A stretch of 64,000 bases of DNA from Escherichia coli (lineage in GTDB: Bacteria > Pseudomonadota > Gammaproteobacteria > Enterobacterales > Enterobacteriaceae). The notes beneath the pieces were generated by a model. That model had not been told where the DNA came from and made no database searches. It saw only the letters and a program-made list of their open reading frames with translations. Of the stretch, positions 25,343 to 35,799 are shown in pieces. Location: NCBI RefSeq assembly GCF_044324785.1, contig NZ_CP172127.1, one strand, 5' to 3'. Position 1 is the stretch's first letter. Every line of letters starts with the position of its first letter. Both the position numbers and the translations under genes were made by a program.

Positions 25343-28300
25343 TTACCAGTCGGCGTAAGGTATCAGCGGCTGCGGCGGTAAATCCATGTCGCCCTGCCAT
25401 CCGGCGGCGGAATACCGCACGTAGAGCAGGAAATGGCTTGGCGCATAATCTTTCGCCTGCTGGATATCAATCGCCGTGCCGACAAACCAGTTGGACGTGA
25501 CGCGACGCTCAAGTAACGCCCGCGCCGTGTAGCCAAAGCCCTGACTGCTGCCGCCGTCGTTGGTCTGACTGGCGGCATCCTCTTTCCAGTCCGTCGGGAT
25601 CAGGTTCATCAGCGGATAACGCGGCATGGTTTTGGTGCGCGAATGCGACCACGAGCCAGACGCACCCAGCTCCCACGACCAGTTTTCCGTCCGCTCCCGC
25701 CACATCACCGGTATGGCAAACGACAGGTATTCCTGCGGGCTGTAGTAACCGCCCTGACCAAGTGAGTAGCCACTCAGGTCTTTGTCGTAATGCCAGATCA
25801 TATTGTTAAGACCAATGGTCACACGGCGATTATTCTGGTTGATGATCTTATAGTAATAGCCCGTCATCCAGCGCACGCGCCAGTTATCTTCGACATTTTT
25901 ACCGGTTAACTGGTCACCGCTAAGCGATGCCCAGACGCCGTTTGCTTCACCTTTATCGTAGCTCAGGCTTAGCCCCACGCCGTCGGCACGCACGCCGCCC
26001 CATTTTTTCCCGGTATTGCTCGGGGAGTCTTTTTGCCCGCCAAAGGCCAGCAAAGAACTGGAGATGGGCCGACGGTGGGCGTTAACGGTGTAACCCAGCG
26101 GCCCGATATCATCGCTGTAACTGATGCCGCCGACCACATCCACCACGTTGAAGCCCATCGGCGTGGTGCCGATATCCCAGCTCCAGACGTCATTTCGCCA
26201 GCCGACCGCCACGCTGGCACCGGAATCCGACTGGCTGCGGTTGCCGCTACAGTCCTGTAATGTACAGGTGCCCCAGTTGTCATCCCATTTGCCATCGGCA
26301 TTAGTGGAGAAACTGCCGACGTTCATATTGACGAAATCACTGCGAAAGAACATCCGCCCGTCAGAGTACGGCGCATCCACCTGCAACATGGTGGTGTGCG
26401 CTTTCAGATCGGAGTAACCACCGGTGCCGCTCGAACCCCAGTAATCGTGCTCGAGGGTGACGTTAAGATCCTGCTGGCGATAGAGGTCCGCTGCATCGCT
26501 GCGCACGCCGCGTTTCAGCCAGTCATCTTTCTCGTCGTTACGGGTCAGCCGGGTAAAGGTGTCGTTATCCTGCGGACGCGTCGTGGTCACACCGGATGCG
26601 ACCATCGCGTCTTTGTAGGTTTCCAGCGCCTGCGTTGGATCGCCCGCCTGCGCTTCAAACTTCGCACCGTCGCGCAGCACCATCGCGCTTTCCATCGACG
26701 GTGGCTGAGATTTTGCCTGCGGGATCAACTTATTAAACGTCTGCTGCGCCGCTGCGGTATCGCCAAGCTGCGCCTGCGCCAGCGCCACGCGCCGCTGAGT
26801 GTTCAGAGAGGCGTTATCAGTGGCGGGCAGTTTCGCCAGCTGGCTACGTGCCGCCGCTTTGTCACCGGCAGCAATATCCACTTCCGTCAGACCAAGAATG
26901 GCATCGGCGTTAGTTGGCTCCCGCGTCAGGACATTCTGATATGCAGCGCGAGCGGCGGTGTAATCACGTCGTTGTTGCGCCCAGTCAGCCAGCGTGAGGT
27001 CAATACGCGAGGAAGGCGGTTGCTGGCGCAGCATCGCTTCCGCTTCTGCCTCTTTGCCGCTTTCTCGCAGGCGATTAGCGGTTTCCAACACCTGATCGCT
27101 TTGCAGTCGATTAACCAGCTCCTGAATATTGCTGCTCCACTGCGCGCGCGGCAGGCTGTTGATATGCGCCAGCGCCGCTCTGTCCTGGTCATGACCAGAG
27201 AGATACAGCCCGTAAGCGTAAACCTGCTCCGGGTCGTTCGGCTTCTGCTGCGCCAGATTGCGCATTAACGTATCGGCCTGGCTGCGTTGTCCGGCCTGCC
27301 AGAGATCCTGTGAAAGTCGGTAAGTAATCCATACACTGCCGGGGTCCAGCGCCAGTCGCTGGCGCTGAAGTGCTGCTGCCTGCGCCCATTTGCCCTGTTT
27401 TTCCAGCGCTTCGGCCTGCTGTGACAAACGGTCATTTTGCAGGCTGCGTTCGATATCATCAATGCTACGCCGCTGACTGGCAGAGAGCGAGGCGATAAAC
27501 GCTTCAGCCTTTTCTGGCGATTGCTGGCGGTATATATTCGCCAGCCCGCGCACGGCGTTAGTGTTGCCGCTGTCCATACGCAAGGTCTGCTGATAATAAC
27601 GTTCGGCGGCGGGATAATCTTTTCGCGCCATCGCCACATCGCCCAGCCCCAGCACTGCATAGCTGTCGGTGTTATCGACATTACGCGCCTGCTGGAACAG
27701 GCGTTCTGCCCGGTCAGGATTATTGGCTTTCAGCGCAGCATCGCCCTGCTGGATCGCCAGCCAGTAGCGGTTTACTTTCAGGAGACTGTTCCATTTGTCG
27801 TTGTTGCTGCTGTGCGGATCCAGGGCGAGGGCTTTTTCCAGATTCGCCACCGCATTGGCGCGATCGCCTTTCTGAGAATACGCCTGGCCCAGCGCTCCAA
27901 ATATGGCACCAGAGTCAGGATTATCAATATTAAGTATTTTCAACTGACGAATCGCTTCGTTGCGACGGGAGGCAATTTGCGTCATTGCCCCCCAGTATTC
28001 CAGCGCCATTTCGATATCTGGCGGTGCACCGTTAAATAGCTTGTCGTAACTGTCGATAGCCTCTTTATGTCGCCCGGAGATAGCTTGTAAGCGTGCCATT
28101 TGCAGTGCCTGACGCCCCTCAGGCGAAGAAAGTCGCATGGCCGTGCGCGATGCTTTATATATTTTTGAATCAGGAGCGAGCAGGGAAAGTCTGGCAAGTT
28201 GTTTTTGCGCGCCTTCAATATCTCCCTTACGCAGCAGATAGCGAAAACGCGCCGCAACGACATCTGGATTATCAGGTTCCGCCAATTCAAGACGATAAAG

Positions 28301-28450
28301 CGACTGTTCGACCAGATCTTCACGATGAATGTCTTCGCCTAACCGAATCTGCGCCATTAACAGCTTGTGTGCAGTTGGTGTGGCTTTCGCCATCGACATT
28401 ACCGCCAAACCAAGGGATATTGTGAGTAAATTTAGGGTGAATTTGTACAT
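25343..28450 (-). CDS. BcsC-like exopolysaccharide export protein: N-terminal TPR repeats plus C-terminal outer-membrane beta-barrel
   Basis: 1035 aa; N-terminal signal peptide; long TPR-like repeat region; C-terminus rich in alternating aromatic/glycine strands and ending in W. Visibly more GC-rich than the genes upstream of it in the cluster. Confidence 0.8.
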   Translation of the reverse strand: MYKFTLNLLTISLGLAVMSMAKATPTAHKLLMAQIRLGEDIHREDLVEQSLYRLELAEPDNPDVVAARFRYLLRKGDIEGAQKQLARLSLLAPDSKIYKASRTAMRLSSPEGRQALQMARLQAISGRHKEAIDSYDKLFNGAPPDIEMALEYWGAMTQIASRRNEAIRQLKILNIDNPDSGAIFGALGQAYSQKGDRANAVANLEKALALDPHSSNNDKWNSLLKVNRYWLAIQQGDAALKANNPDRAERLFQQARNVDNTDSYAVLGLGDVAMARKDYPAAERYYQQTLRMDSGNTNAVRGLANIYRQQSPEKAEAFIASLSASQRRSIDDIERSLQNDRLSQQAEALEKQGKWAQAAALQRQRLALDPGSVWITYRLSQDLWQAGQRSQADTLMRNLAQQKPNDPEQVYAYGLYLSGHDQDRAALAHINSLPRAQWSSNIQELVNRLQSDQVLETANRLRESGKEAEAEAMLRQQPPSSRIDLTLADWAQQRRDYTAARAAYQNVLTREPTNADAILGLTEVDIAAGDKAAARSQLAKLPATDNASLNTQRRVALAQAQLGDTAAAQQTFNKLIPQAKSQPPSMESAMVLRDGAKFEAQAGDPTQALETYKDAMVASGVTTTRPQDNDTFTRLTRNDEKDDWLKRGVRSDAADLYRQQDLNVTLEHDYWGSSGTGGYSDLKAHTTMLQVDAPYSDGRMFFRSDFVNMNVGSFSTNADGKWDDNWGTCTLQDCSGNRSQSDSGASVAVGWRNDVWSWDIGTTPMGFNVVDVVGGISYSDDIGPLGYTVNAHRRPISSSLLAFGGQKDSPSNTGKKWGGVRADGVGLSLSYDKGEANGVWASLSGDQLTGKNVEDNWRVRWMTGYYYKIINQNNRRVTIGLNNMIWHYDKDLSGYSLGQGGYYSPQEYLSFAIPVMWRERTENWSWELGASGSWSHSRTKTMPRYPLMNLIPTDWKEDAASQTNDGGSSQGFGYTARALLERRVTSNWFVGTAIDIQQAKDYAPSHFLLYVRYSAAGWQGDMDLPPQPLIPYADW

Positions 28451-28562
28451 GCCTGCCTCAATCAGGTGTTAACTCACTTTTTATTAAAAACAGAACGGGC
28501 GCAGCTCCCTGCCTGTATAAAGTCAGGACAGAATGGAGCCGCAAAATAGAAATGATGATGAA

Positions 28563-29166
28563 TTACTGTTGATGAGGGTTCAGACGACGGCGACTAATGT
28601 TACGTAACAGACTCCATACTACCCACGCCAATAGCACCACACTGAGAGTTGCCAGCACTGCCAGTAGAATGGGATGTCTGGCTAACACATATTGCACTCG
28701 TTCAATCCAGGGGAGATGCCCAACGTAATAAGTATCTCCAACTCGTAAACTATTGATGCCAGATTCACGAATAACCGCGACTGAACCAAAAATATTGCCG
28801 CGTTTTGTACTATTAATTAACGCATTGTTGAGTAGCGTATCTCCGCGTGATCCCTCGGACATTAAAGCAATTACGCTGCGTTGGGTATGATATGGAGACT
28901 GAAAACCAACTATCGCCGCCATTGGCAATGGAGAATTTATAGTTGTTTGTATTTCAGGTTTTTGATCGTCGTTATCTGTCATAATTTTGGCGTAATCAGA
29001 GTGTCGTATTGGGCTTTTTACCCAACTTGTTGTTGCCTCAATGAGCAGATTAATTTGCTGATTGTCTGCAAATTCTTGCGGAAGTCTTCCTATTAACAGG
29101 ATATCTGAATCCTTGCCCTGGACAGAACCTATATCATCAGTAATTGTCAGATTAATTGCCGGAGAT
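28563..29166 (-). pseudogene. BcsB-like subunit, 3' fragment, separated from its 5' part by IS2
   Basis: Frame is open (no stops, checked codon by codon) from the IS2 junction at 29166 down to the stop at 28563; C-terminal TM anchor HPILLAVLATLSVVLLAWVVW...RRR typical of BcsB. In frame with the 5' fragment once IS2 and one GAGAT copy are removed. Confidence 0.8.
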
Positions 29167-29177
29167 TGGATTTGCCC

Positions 29178-30083
29178 CTATATTTCCAGACACCTGTTAT
29201 CACTTAACCCATTACTGGCCTGCTGCCGCAGATATTCCCGTGGCGAGCGATAACCCAGTGCACTATGCGGATGCCATTCGTTATAATGCTCGAACGCCTC
29301 TGCAAGGTTCTTTGCTGCCGTTAACCCGTCTGGTTTAGGCATGATACTGATGTAGTCACGCTTTATCGTTTTCACGAAGCTCTCTGCTATGCCGTTACTC
29401 TCCGGACTCCGCACCGCCGTGTTCTTCGGTTCAAGCCCCAACATCCGGGCAAACTGCCGTGTTTCATTAGCCCGGTAGCATGAACCATTATCCGTCAGCC
29501 ACTCTACTGGAGACGCCGGAAGCTCGTTGCCGAAGCGGCGTTCCACCGCTCCCAGCATTACGTCCTGTACTGTTTCACTGTCGAAGCCGCCCGTAGTGAC
29601 TGCCCAGTGCAGTGCCTCACGGTCACAGCAGTCCAGCGCGAACGTGACTCGCAGTTTTTCTCCGTTATCACAGCGGAACTCGAACCCGTCAGAGCACCAT
29701 CGTTGATTGCTTTCTTTCACGGCCACTTTGCCAGTATGTGCCCGTTTCGATGGCGGTACAGCGGTTTTTCGCTCAAGCAACAGCGCATTCTGGCGCATGA
29801 TCCGGTAAACACGTTTGGCATTGATCGCAGGCATACCATCAAGTTCGGCCTGTCTGCGAAGCAGCGCCCATACCCGACGATAACCATACGTGGGCAGCTC
29901 TCCGATAACATGGTGTATACGGAGAAGCACATCCGTATCATCTGAGTGACGGCTGCGGCGACCATCTTTCCAGTCATCGGTTCGTCTGAGAATTACGTGC
30001 AACTGCGCACGCGACACCCGGAGACAACGGCTGACTAAGCTTACTCCCCATCCCCGGGCAATAAGGGCGCGTGCGCTATCCAC
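29178..30083 (-). CDS. insD: IS2 transposase OrfB (InsD; DDE integrase domain)
   Basis: 301-aa [33 protein letters not shown]...; overlaps orfA near a T6/A6G slippery run at about 30084-30090. Confidence 0.9.
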
Positions 30084-30406
30084 TTTTTTGCACGCCCGTA
30101 TTCAACGGCTTCTTTAAGGAGTTCATTTTCCATCGTTTTTTTGCCGAGCAGGCGCTGGAGTTCTTTAATCTGCTTCATGGCAGCAGCAAGTTCAGAGGCA
30201 GGAACGACCTGCTCTCCTGCGGCCACAGCAGTAAGACTTCCCTCCTGGTATTGCTTGCGCCAGAGAAATAACTGGCTGGCTGCCACACCGTGTTGCCGGG
30301 CAACAAGGGAGACCGTCATTCCCGGTTCAAAACTCTGCTGAACAATAGCGATCTTTTCCTGTGTAGTACGCCGTCTGCGTTTCTCCGGTCCTAAGACATC
30401 AATCAT
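30041..30406 (-). CDS. insC: IS2 OrfA (InsC; helix-turn-helix)
   Basis: [40 protein letters not shown]... Confidence 0.9.
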
Positions 30407-30497
30407 CTGCTCTCCAATGACTAGTCTAAAAACTAGTATTAAGACTATCACTTATTTAAGTGATATTGGTTGTCTGGAGATTCAGGGGGCCAGTCTA

Positions 30498-32199
30498 GAG
30501 ATCCAGTTTGAGCACCAATCAGTCCAAGGGTATTTAATAATGTTTCAACTTGCGTTGTGCCAGGATTTTCAGGCATAACCACAACCGTTTCTGATAGATC
30601 GGCCATGCGGCTAAATGGAAAGCCTGAGCTGGCAAAAGCGCGTAAATCTGGCATTGCGATAAAGTGATGGTACTTTGAAAAATCGATAGTGGAATCATCT
30701 GCAATAACCGCATGATTTTTTAGCGACCGGGAAATAATACAGCTATCGGCATCAGAGCGCGGCATTGTATTAACGTACTCAAAATTAAATCGCAATTGAT
30801 TAAGCGCCCCTAACGTCAGCGCAGGAATGTTAATTTCATTATTACCATCCAACAATTCTTGCAATAACGGTAAACGTAACAATAACCTATCAGTAGCAGA
30901 TTGCGGACTCAGCCGGAAAGATTCAAGGTACTGGTTATTAAGGCTGACATCCATGCGTGAACCACCTATCGTTGGCGTGGTATAACGATAGTTAATCTTC
31001 ATCTCACCCCCACGATTACGCAATAGAAAGAGATCAGGTGGCAAATTAAATGAAACATTAATTGCCGCAGACTCCAGGGCACTTGCCTGTAACTGCCCTT
31101 CATAATTTTTAAGCTCTGCGAAAGTTACAGGACGATCAGTGCGTATCCAGTTTGGCGCATCATAAGGTTTACGCGGCAGTAACGGCTTCACGTCATTTAC
31201 GACCACGCTATCGCCGCGAAATAATATATTTCCCTGTGCAAGGCCTTTTGCCGCCTGTAATAAATCTTTATCATCGCGGCCCAAAAGTACCAGCAATTTG
31301 ACAAAGGGATTTTGTGGATGACTGATCATTTTAATAACAGGCGCATTCACCAACGGATGCTCGCGCAGAAAGTCTGGGCGTCTATTGTTCGTGGCAAAGA
31401 CTACTGCATTACTTTCCGGTAACTGGTTATAGAAAACCGGAAATCGGTGACCACGCCAGCCAGATTGCGAACCAAACCACGAAGCGACAATAGCTGATAC
31501 CTGCTGCAAACCAGTCCCAGGAGTACCGGCAAAAACCATCGGCAATGTATTAGGGCGGTTATCTCGCGGATCAAAGAACGGTACAGGAAGATATGAAAGA
31601 TCATTTTTCAAATTGAGTCTCTGAACTACCAGTTCAAGTTCACTGGTACGTCCAATATCAAGCCACAAATTGCCGCTGGTCGGGTTTTCGCAGGCGCTCT
31701 GGTAGTGACTAATTAATTCTAGGCGCAAGCGATTAAAATCCGAAAAATACAATGGGTTAAGAGTTATTTCCGCCAGCGTTTTCTTCCCCAGTTGTTCTTT
31801 GGTAATCGGCAATACCTCCATCAACTCGTCATTAAGATAGACCTTAAGCTGTGACTGGACCGGGATCAGCGACGGTGATGGAGTGTATTCAAGTTTTAGT
31901 TTCGCTTCTGACACTATTTCATCGCTACGCATACCAAACTCAATTTGCCCCTGTGGGTTAACTCCATTCAGGACTATGTTTCCTGGCGCTGGTGCGATTT
32001 GTGTAAATGGGAGTTTAAAATAGCGAGATGGCTCTTTCACATAAGCAGAGATATTTTCTTTCGGGATAGCGGGTAATACTCCGACTGAGGAAGGCTTATG
32101 AATTACTGTATCTGTAGCCGATGCTGTATTTGCCTGGTAAAAACATAGTAACCCCAAGCCAATTATTGCAGCACTTAATCTCAAAAATTTTCTTTCCAT
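30498..32199 (-). pseudogene. BcsB-like periplasmic subunit, 5' fragment, truncated by the IS2 insertion
   Basis: ORF 30448..32220 reads into IS2; probable start MERKFLRLSAAIIGLGLLCFYQANTASA (signal peptide); BcsB-like blocks such as EFGMRSDE and LKVYLNDELMEVLP. Confidence 0.8.
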
Positions 32200-32258
32200 T
32201 TTAAAAAATTCAACAACCATAATAAATACAAATAATATATTTAATTAGCAATCAGAAA

Positions 32259-34379
32259 TTAGAACTGACTTTTAGAACTGCCTTTCAGTGTCCGGAGAAT
32301 ATAAAAAACCATATTGCAATAACCTTTCAGAGAGATAAAACATATTTCAATAAAACTCTTTAAAATATTGTCTCGTTTAATTTTATCATTCCACTCTTGC
32401 CATAGTGAATCACGAGAAAACGTTGCTCTGACATAATTAACATTTTGTTCATGACTCATTGGCATAATCTTCAGACCAATTTTATTATTGTAGGCATGAA
32501 CTATTTCTACCGGTATATCACACTTTCCGTTACTATCATCCAGATAAAGAGACAACCGCTGTGTTTTAACAATATTTTTTACGTCGGAGATATTATCAAG
32601 GATAACGCCTAATCCTCCTTCGGAAAAATCAAGAACAGAACAAGGATAGCTCCGTCCATCTTCCAGTTGTATAACGCCCTTGAAAGAAACATCAATACGG
32701 GGAGAAAAACGCACCTGCTTTTGTTCAATAGAAACAGCCAAAGTTGCGCCAATAATAATTGTATTATAAAACAGCCAAATCAAACAAAAAAAATTCAGGA
32801 TGGCGATATGCCCTTGCAAACTATAAACATTAACAATACCTATTATCAGTCCAATTACATTTAAAATGGCAAAAATAAGATAGGGGTAGGAAATTCGCCA
32901 GTCAACAAACTTATTTTTTATCAGCCCTCCTTTGGCCGTAACGTTGAAACGCCCTTTTGCTGGTGCAAGTAAAGCTACAAGAGTTGGTAGCGTAATATAC
33001 CAAGCCAGAACCATTTCATAAATCTCATTCCAGAATGAATGTCTGTATTTACCCTGTACTCTTGAATTAGTTAAAATAATAACAAATAAATAAGGTAAAA
33101 CATAAGACATAATATCTGCAACCGATGCTTCGATCAGGTTGACCGAAAAGAAAATAGGACATAACGGTGCGAACAAGAAAATCAGTCGTGGCACACCTGA
33201 TAAAAAATGCATCATGCTGCTGAGATAGCAAAGGCGCTGTGATAATGTCAGCCCCTTGCCCAATAATGGATTGTCAATACGCAAGATTTGAATCATGCCT
33301 CGAGCCCATCGAATCCGTTGTCCAATATGAGCAGACAATGTTTCTGTGGCTAGCCCGGCAGCCAGAGGATAGCGAAGATATGCAGAGCTATAACCTGCAC
33401 GATGCAAGCGTAACGACGTATGCGCATCTTCAGTTACTGTTTCGACTGCAATGCCTCCAACCTCATCCAGAGCAGATCTACGGATGATTGCACATGAACC
33501 ACAAAAAAATGAAGCATTCCATGTATCCGTACCATTCTGGATTAACCCATAAAAAAGGTGTCCTTCATTTGGCTTTTGCCGAAACTGCCCCAAATTTCGC
33601 TCAAAAGGATCGGGGGAAAAAAAATGATGTGGTGTTTGCAACATCGATAATTTTTTATCTGCAATAAACCAGCCCATCGTTTTCTTTAAAAAAGATACCG
33701 AGGGTATATGATCGCAATCGAAAATAGCAACAAATTCGCCATTAGCTATTTTAAGCGCATTATTTATATTTCCGGCCTTAGCATGTTCATGTGTTTCTCT
33801 TGCGACATAGTAAATTCCTGACTCGTTCGCAAATTTCCTGAACTCATCCCTGGCGCCATCATCAAGGATCCAGATATGTAATTTATCCTTTGGCCAGTCT
33901 AAAGCCAACGCACCATAAACTGTATTCTTCACGACTGTAAAAGGTTCGTTATATGTGGGTATTAATATATCTACGATGGGCCATTCTTCTTTATTCTCTG
34001 GTAAAGGTATACTTTCTCTGTTCAGCGGGAAGCAAACCTGAAAGTAACCAAGTAATAAAACAAACCAAGCATACGTTTCAGCAGTTAATAACGTGACTGA
34101 AAATAAGCAGTCTGGAAATTCATTCAGGATGACTGAAGAAGAGTACCGCCACCATAGATATCGGGATGAGATGAGTATTCCAACACCCATTAATATCAGG
34201 GTAATCATCCTTCCCTTGAACAAATTAAGGAAAATGACAGCGATGCAAATAATAATTGAAAATAATATTTGTTGATAAAATCCAAGTGGCTGCTCAACAA
34301 TTGATAAAAAGACAAAACATAGCAATATAGCAACAACCAAAAGGATTTTGTTTAATATTTCTTTATTTTTTAAGATCAT
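32259..34379 (-). CDS. BcsA-type processive family-2 glycosyltransferase (cellulose-synthase-like) with C-terminal PilZ c-di-GMP receptor domain
   Basis: 706 aa; DDG, DCD, TED and QRIRW catalytic motifs; FFCGS; gating-loop FNVTAK; PilZ RFSPR (RxxxR) and DFSEGG (DxSxxG); multiple TM helices. Very AT-rich DNA. Confidence 0.85.
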   Translation of the reverse strand: MILKNKEILNKILLVVAILLCFVFLSIVEQPLGFYQQILFSIIICIAVIFLNLFKGRMITLILMGVGILISSRYLWWRYSSSVILNEFPDCLFSVTLLTAETYAWFVLLLGYFQVCFPLNRESIPLPENKEEWPIVDILIPTYNEPFTVVKNTVYGALALDWPKDKLHIWILDDGARDEFRKFANESGIYYVARETHEHAKAGNINNALKIANGEFVAIFDCDHIPSVSFLKKTMGWFIADKKLSMLQTPHHFFSPDPFERNLGQFRQKPNEGHLFYGLIQNGTDTWNASFFCGSCAIIRRSALDEVGGIAVETVTEDAHTSLRLHRAGYSSAYLRYPLAAGLATETLSAHIGQRIRWARGMIQILRIDNPLLGKGLTLSQRLCYLSSMMHFLSGVPRLIFLFAPLCPIFFSVNLIEASVADIMSYVLPYLFVIILTNSRVQGKYRHSFWNEIYEMVLAWYITLPTLVALLAPAKGRFNVTAKGGLIKNKFVDWRISYPYLIFAILNVIGLIIGIVNVYSLQGHIAILNFFCLIWLFYNTIIIGATLAVSIEQKQVRFSPRIDVSFKGVIQLEDGRSYPCSVLDFSEGGLGVILDNISDVKNIVKTQRLSLYLDDSNGKCDIPVEIVHAYNNKIGLKIMPMSHEQNVNYVRATFSRDSLWQEWNDKIKRDNILKSFIEICFISLKGYCNMVFYILRTLKGSSKSQF

Positions 34380-34463
34380 TATACTTAGCGATTCATTAAC
34401 AATACAGCTTGAATAGTGTGATTTTTATAAACATTGATGACCAATGCCATGCAAATTTAAATA

Positions 34464-35795
34464 TCAACACCACGTTATCTGTGCTCTGCCATTTTGCTTA
34501 CTTTTGTATAACCGTTCATCTGCCAGCAATTTCAACCGTTCAATGTTATTCATGCACTCATCTGTACTGGCAACTCCTATGCTGCAACTACAATTTAACC
34601 CACCGATTGCGAAATGAACAACTCTGTGCAAAATTCTTGATAGTTTATTTTTATCTTTCTCATAATAAATAATAGCAAACTCATCACCGCCAAACCGGTA
34701 TATTTCCCCTTCACGACGGGGTAACTCATCTTTAATAAGGTTAACAAGTTTGATGAGTACTTCATCACCAAACAGATGGCCAAACTTATCATTAATGGTT
34801 TTAAATTTATCCACATCAAATAGACACAGGTAGCCAAAATTCTTGCTCAGCATCTTGATTTCCTTATCAAAACTCCGACGACCAGAAGCCCGAGTTAATG
34901 CATCACAAGTGCCAAAGTCATATATCTCTCGAATTGCATTAATCTCTTCCGTATTAAAGAATAGATTTTCTCCACATAAATCATATTGATGATTCGATAA
35001 TATAGATTCTTTTTCCAATCTACCCTTATTTATAATATTTCGTAGTAATTTAATATAATAAACATACAGTATAACTGCAGATATTGCCGATGCAAAAACG
35101 AATAGCATACATATATAGAGATATTTACTTTTTTTATAGGCAACAATAAACATCATTTCTGGAAGGTAAGAATACGACAGAGTGATAGCTGACATCTCAA
35201 ATACAGCATCATTTATCAAAAAATCATCACCTGTGATTTTCTTTTCATTATCATTAATATCATAAAATGAGATATAGATATCTTCTCGTTCCCCTGACTG
35301 ATTTCTAATCAAAGATAAATAACGTTCAGGATCTACCACTGATATCAAAATTGTTCGTTTGGCAATGGGATGAGCATAATAAACATAGTACTTATCTTTT
35401 AAACCAATAACACCTCTCTCAAATTCGTTCATTACTCGAATAGAGGAAACTATGTCGCCACAAAAATCATCCCCTTTCGTTGTAACTTTGATACATTTAC
35501 CATCGCTAATAATATAAGGACCGAGATCATACAAATATCCAGGATTTTCATAGCCAGCAAAGCTATTGCGTATTTTTTTTACCAATTCTTCTGGGGCAAT
35601 ATCTAGTTCATAAAATATATCATTAGATACTGAGCGGCGATACTCAGAAACATTAGCTATTGCAAGCCCACTATCTACAATAGATACCTTCACCGAATTA
35701 ATGCGGCCCTTAACATAAATGGTGTATAAATAACAAGTTACTACAGCGACGAACAAAAAACAGATTACTGCCGCCTTTTTCTTATATTTGAACAT
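34464..35795 (-). CDS. Membrane-bound diguanylate cyclase (two TM helices flanking a periplasmic sensor, then GGDEF)
   Basis: 443 aa; intact RFGGDEF active-site motif; no RxxD I-site five residues upstream; about 200-aa periplasmic region containing a Cys pair. Confidence 0.8.
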   Translation of the reverse strand: MFKYKKKAAVICFLFVAVVTCYLYTIYVKGRINSVKVSIVDSGLAIANVSEYRRSVSNDIFYELDIAPEELVKKIRNSFAGYENPGYLYDLGPYIISDGKCIKVTTKGDDFCGDIVSSIRVMNEFERGVIGLKDKYYVYYAHPIAKRTILISVVDPERYLSLIRNQSGEREDIYISFYDINDNEKKITGDDFLINDAVFEMSAITLSYSYLPEMMFIVAYKKSKYLYICMLFVFASAISAVILYVYYIKLLRNIINKGRLEKESILSNHQYDLCGENLFFNTEEINAIREIYDFGTCDALTRASGRRSFDKEIKMLSKNFGYLCLFDVDKFKTINDKFGHLFGDEVLIKLVNLIKDELPRREGEIYRFGGDEFAIIYYEKDKNKLSRILHRVVHFAIGGLNCSCSIGVASTDECMNNIERLKLLADERLYKSKQNGRAQITWC

Positions 35796-35799
35796 TGCT

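Larger units (their letters stand above)
29167..30497 (-). mobile_element. IS2 (IS3 family), complete, 1331 bp, flanked by a 5-bp direct repeat GAGAT
   Basis: Terminal sequences TGGATTTGCCCCTATATTTCCAGACA... and ...TAGACTGGCCCCCTGAATCTCCAGACAACC (reverse complement); GAGAT at 29162-29166 and 30498-30502; internal InsC/InsD ORFs. Confidence 0.93.

Noticed and set aside
28563-28982. 139-aa ORF as a stand-alone small gene between the bcsC-like gene and IS2
   Set aside because: The frame stays open upstream to the IS2 junction and is in phase with the upstream BcsB-like ORF after IS2 excision, so it is the C-terminal fragment of the interrupted gene.
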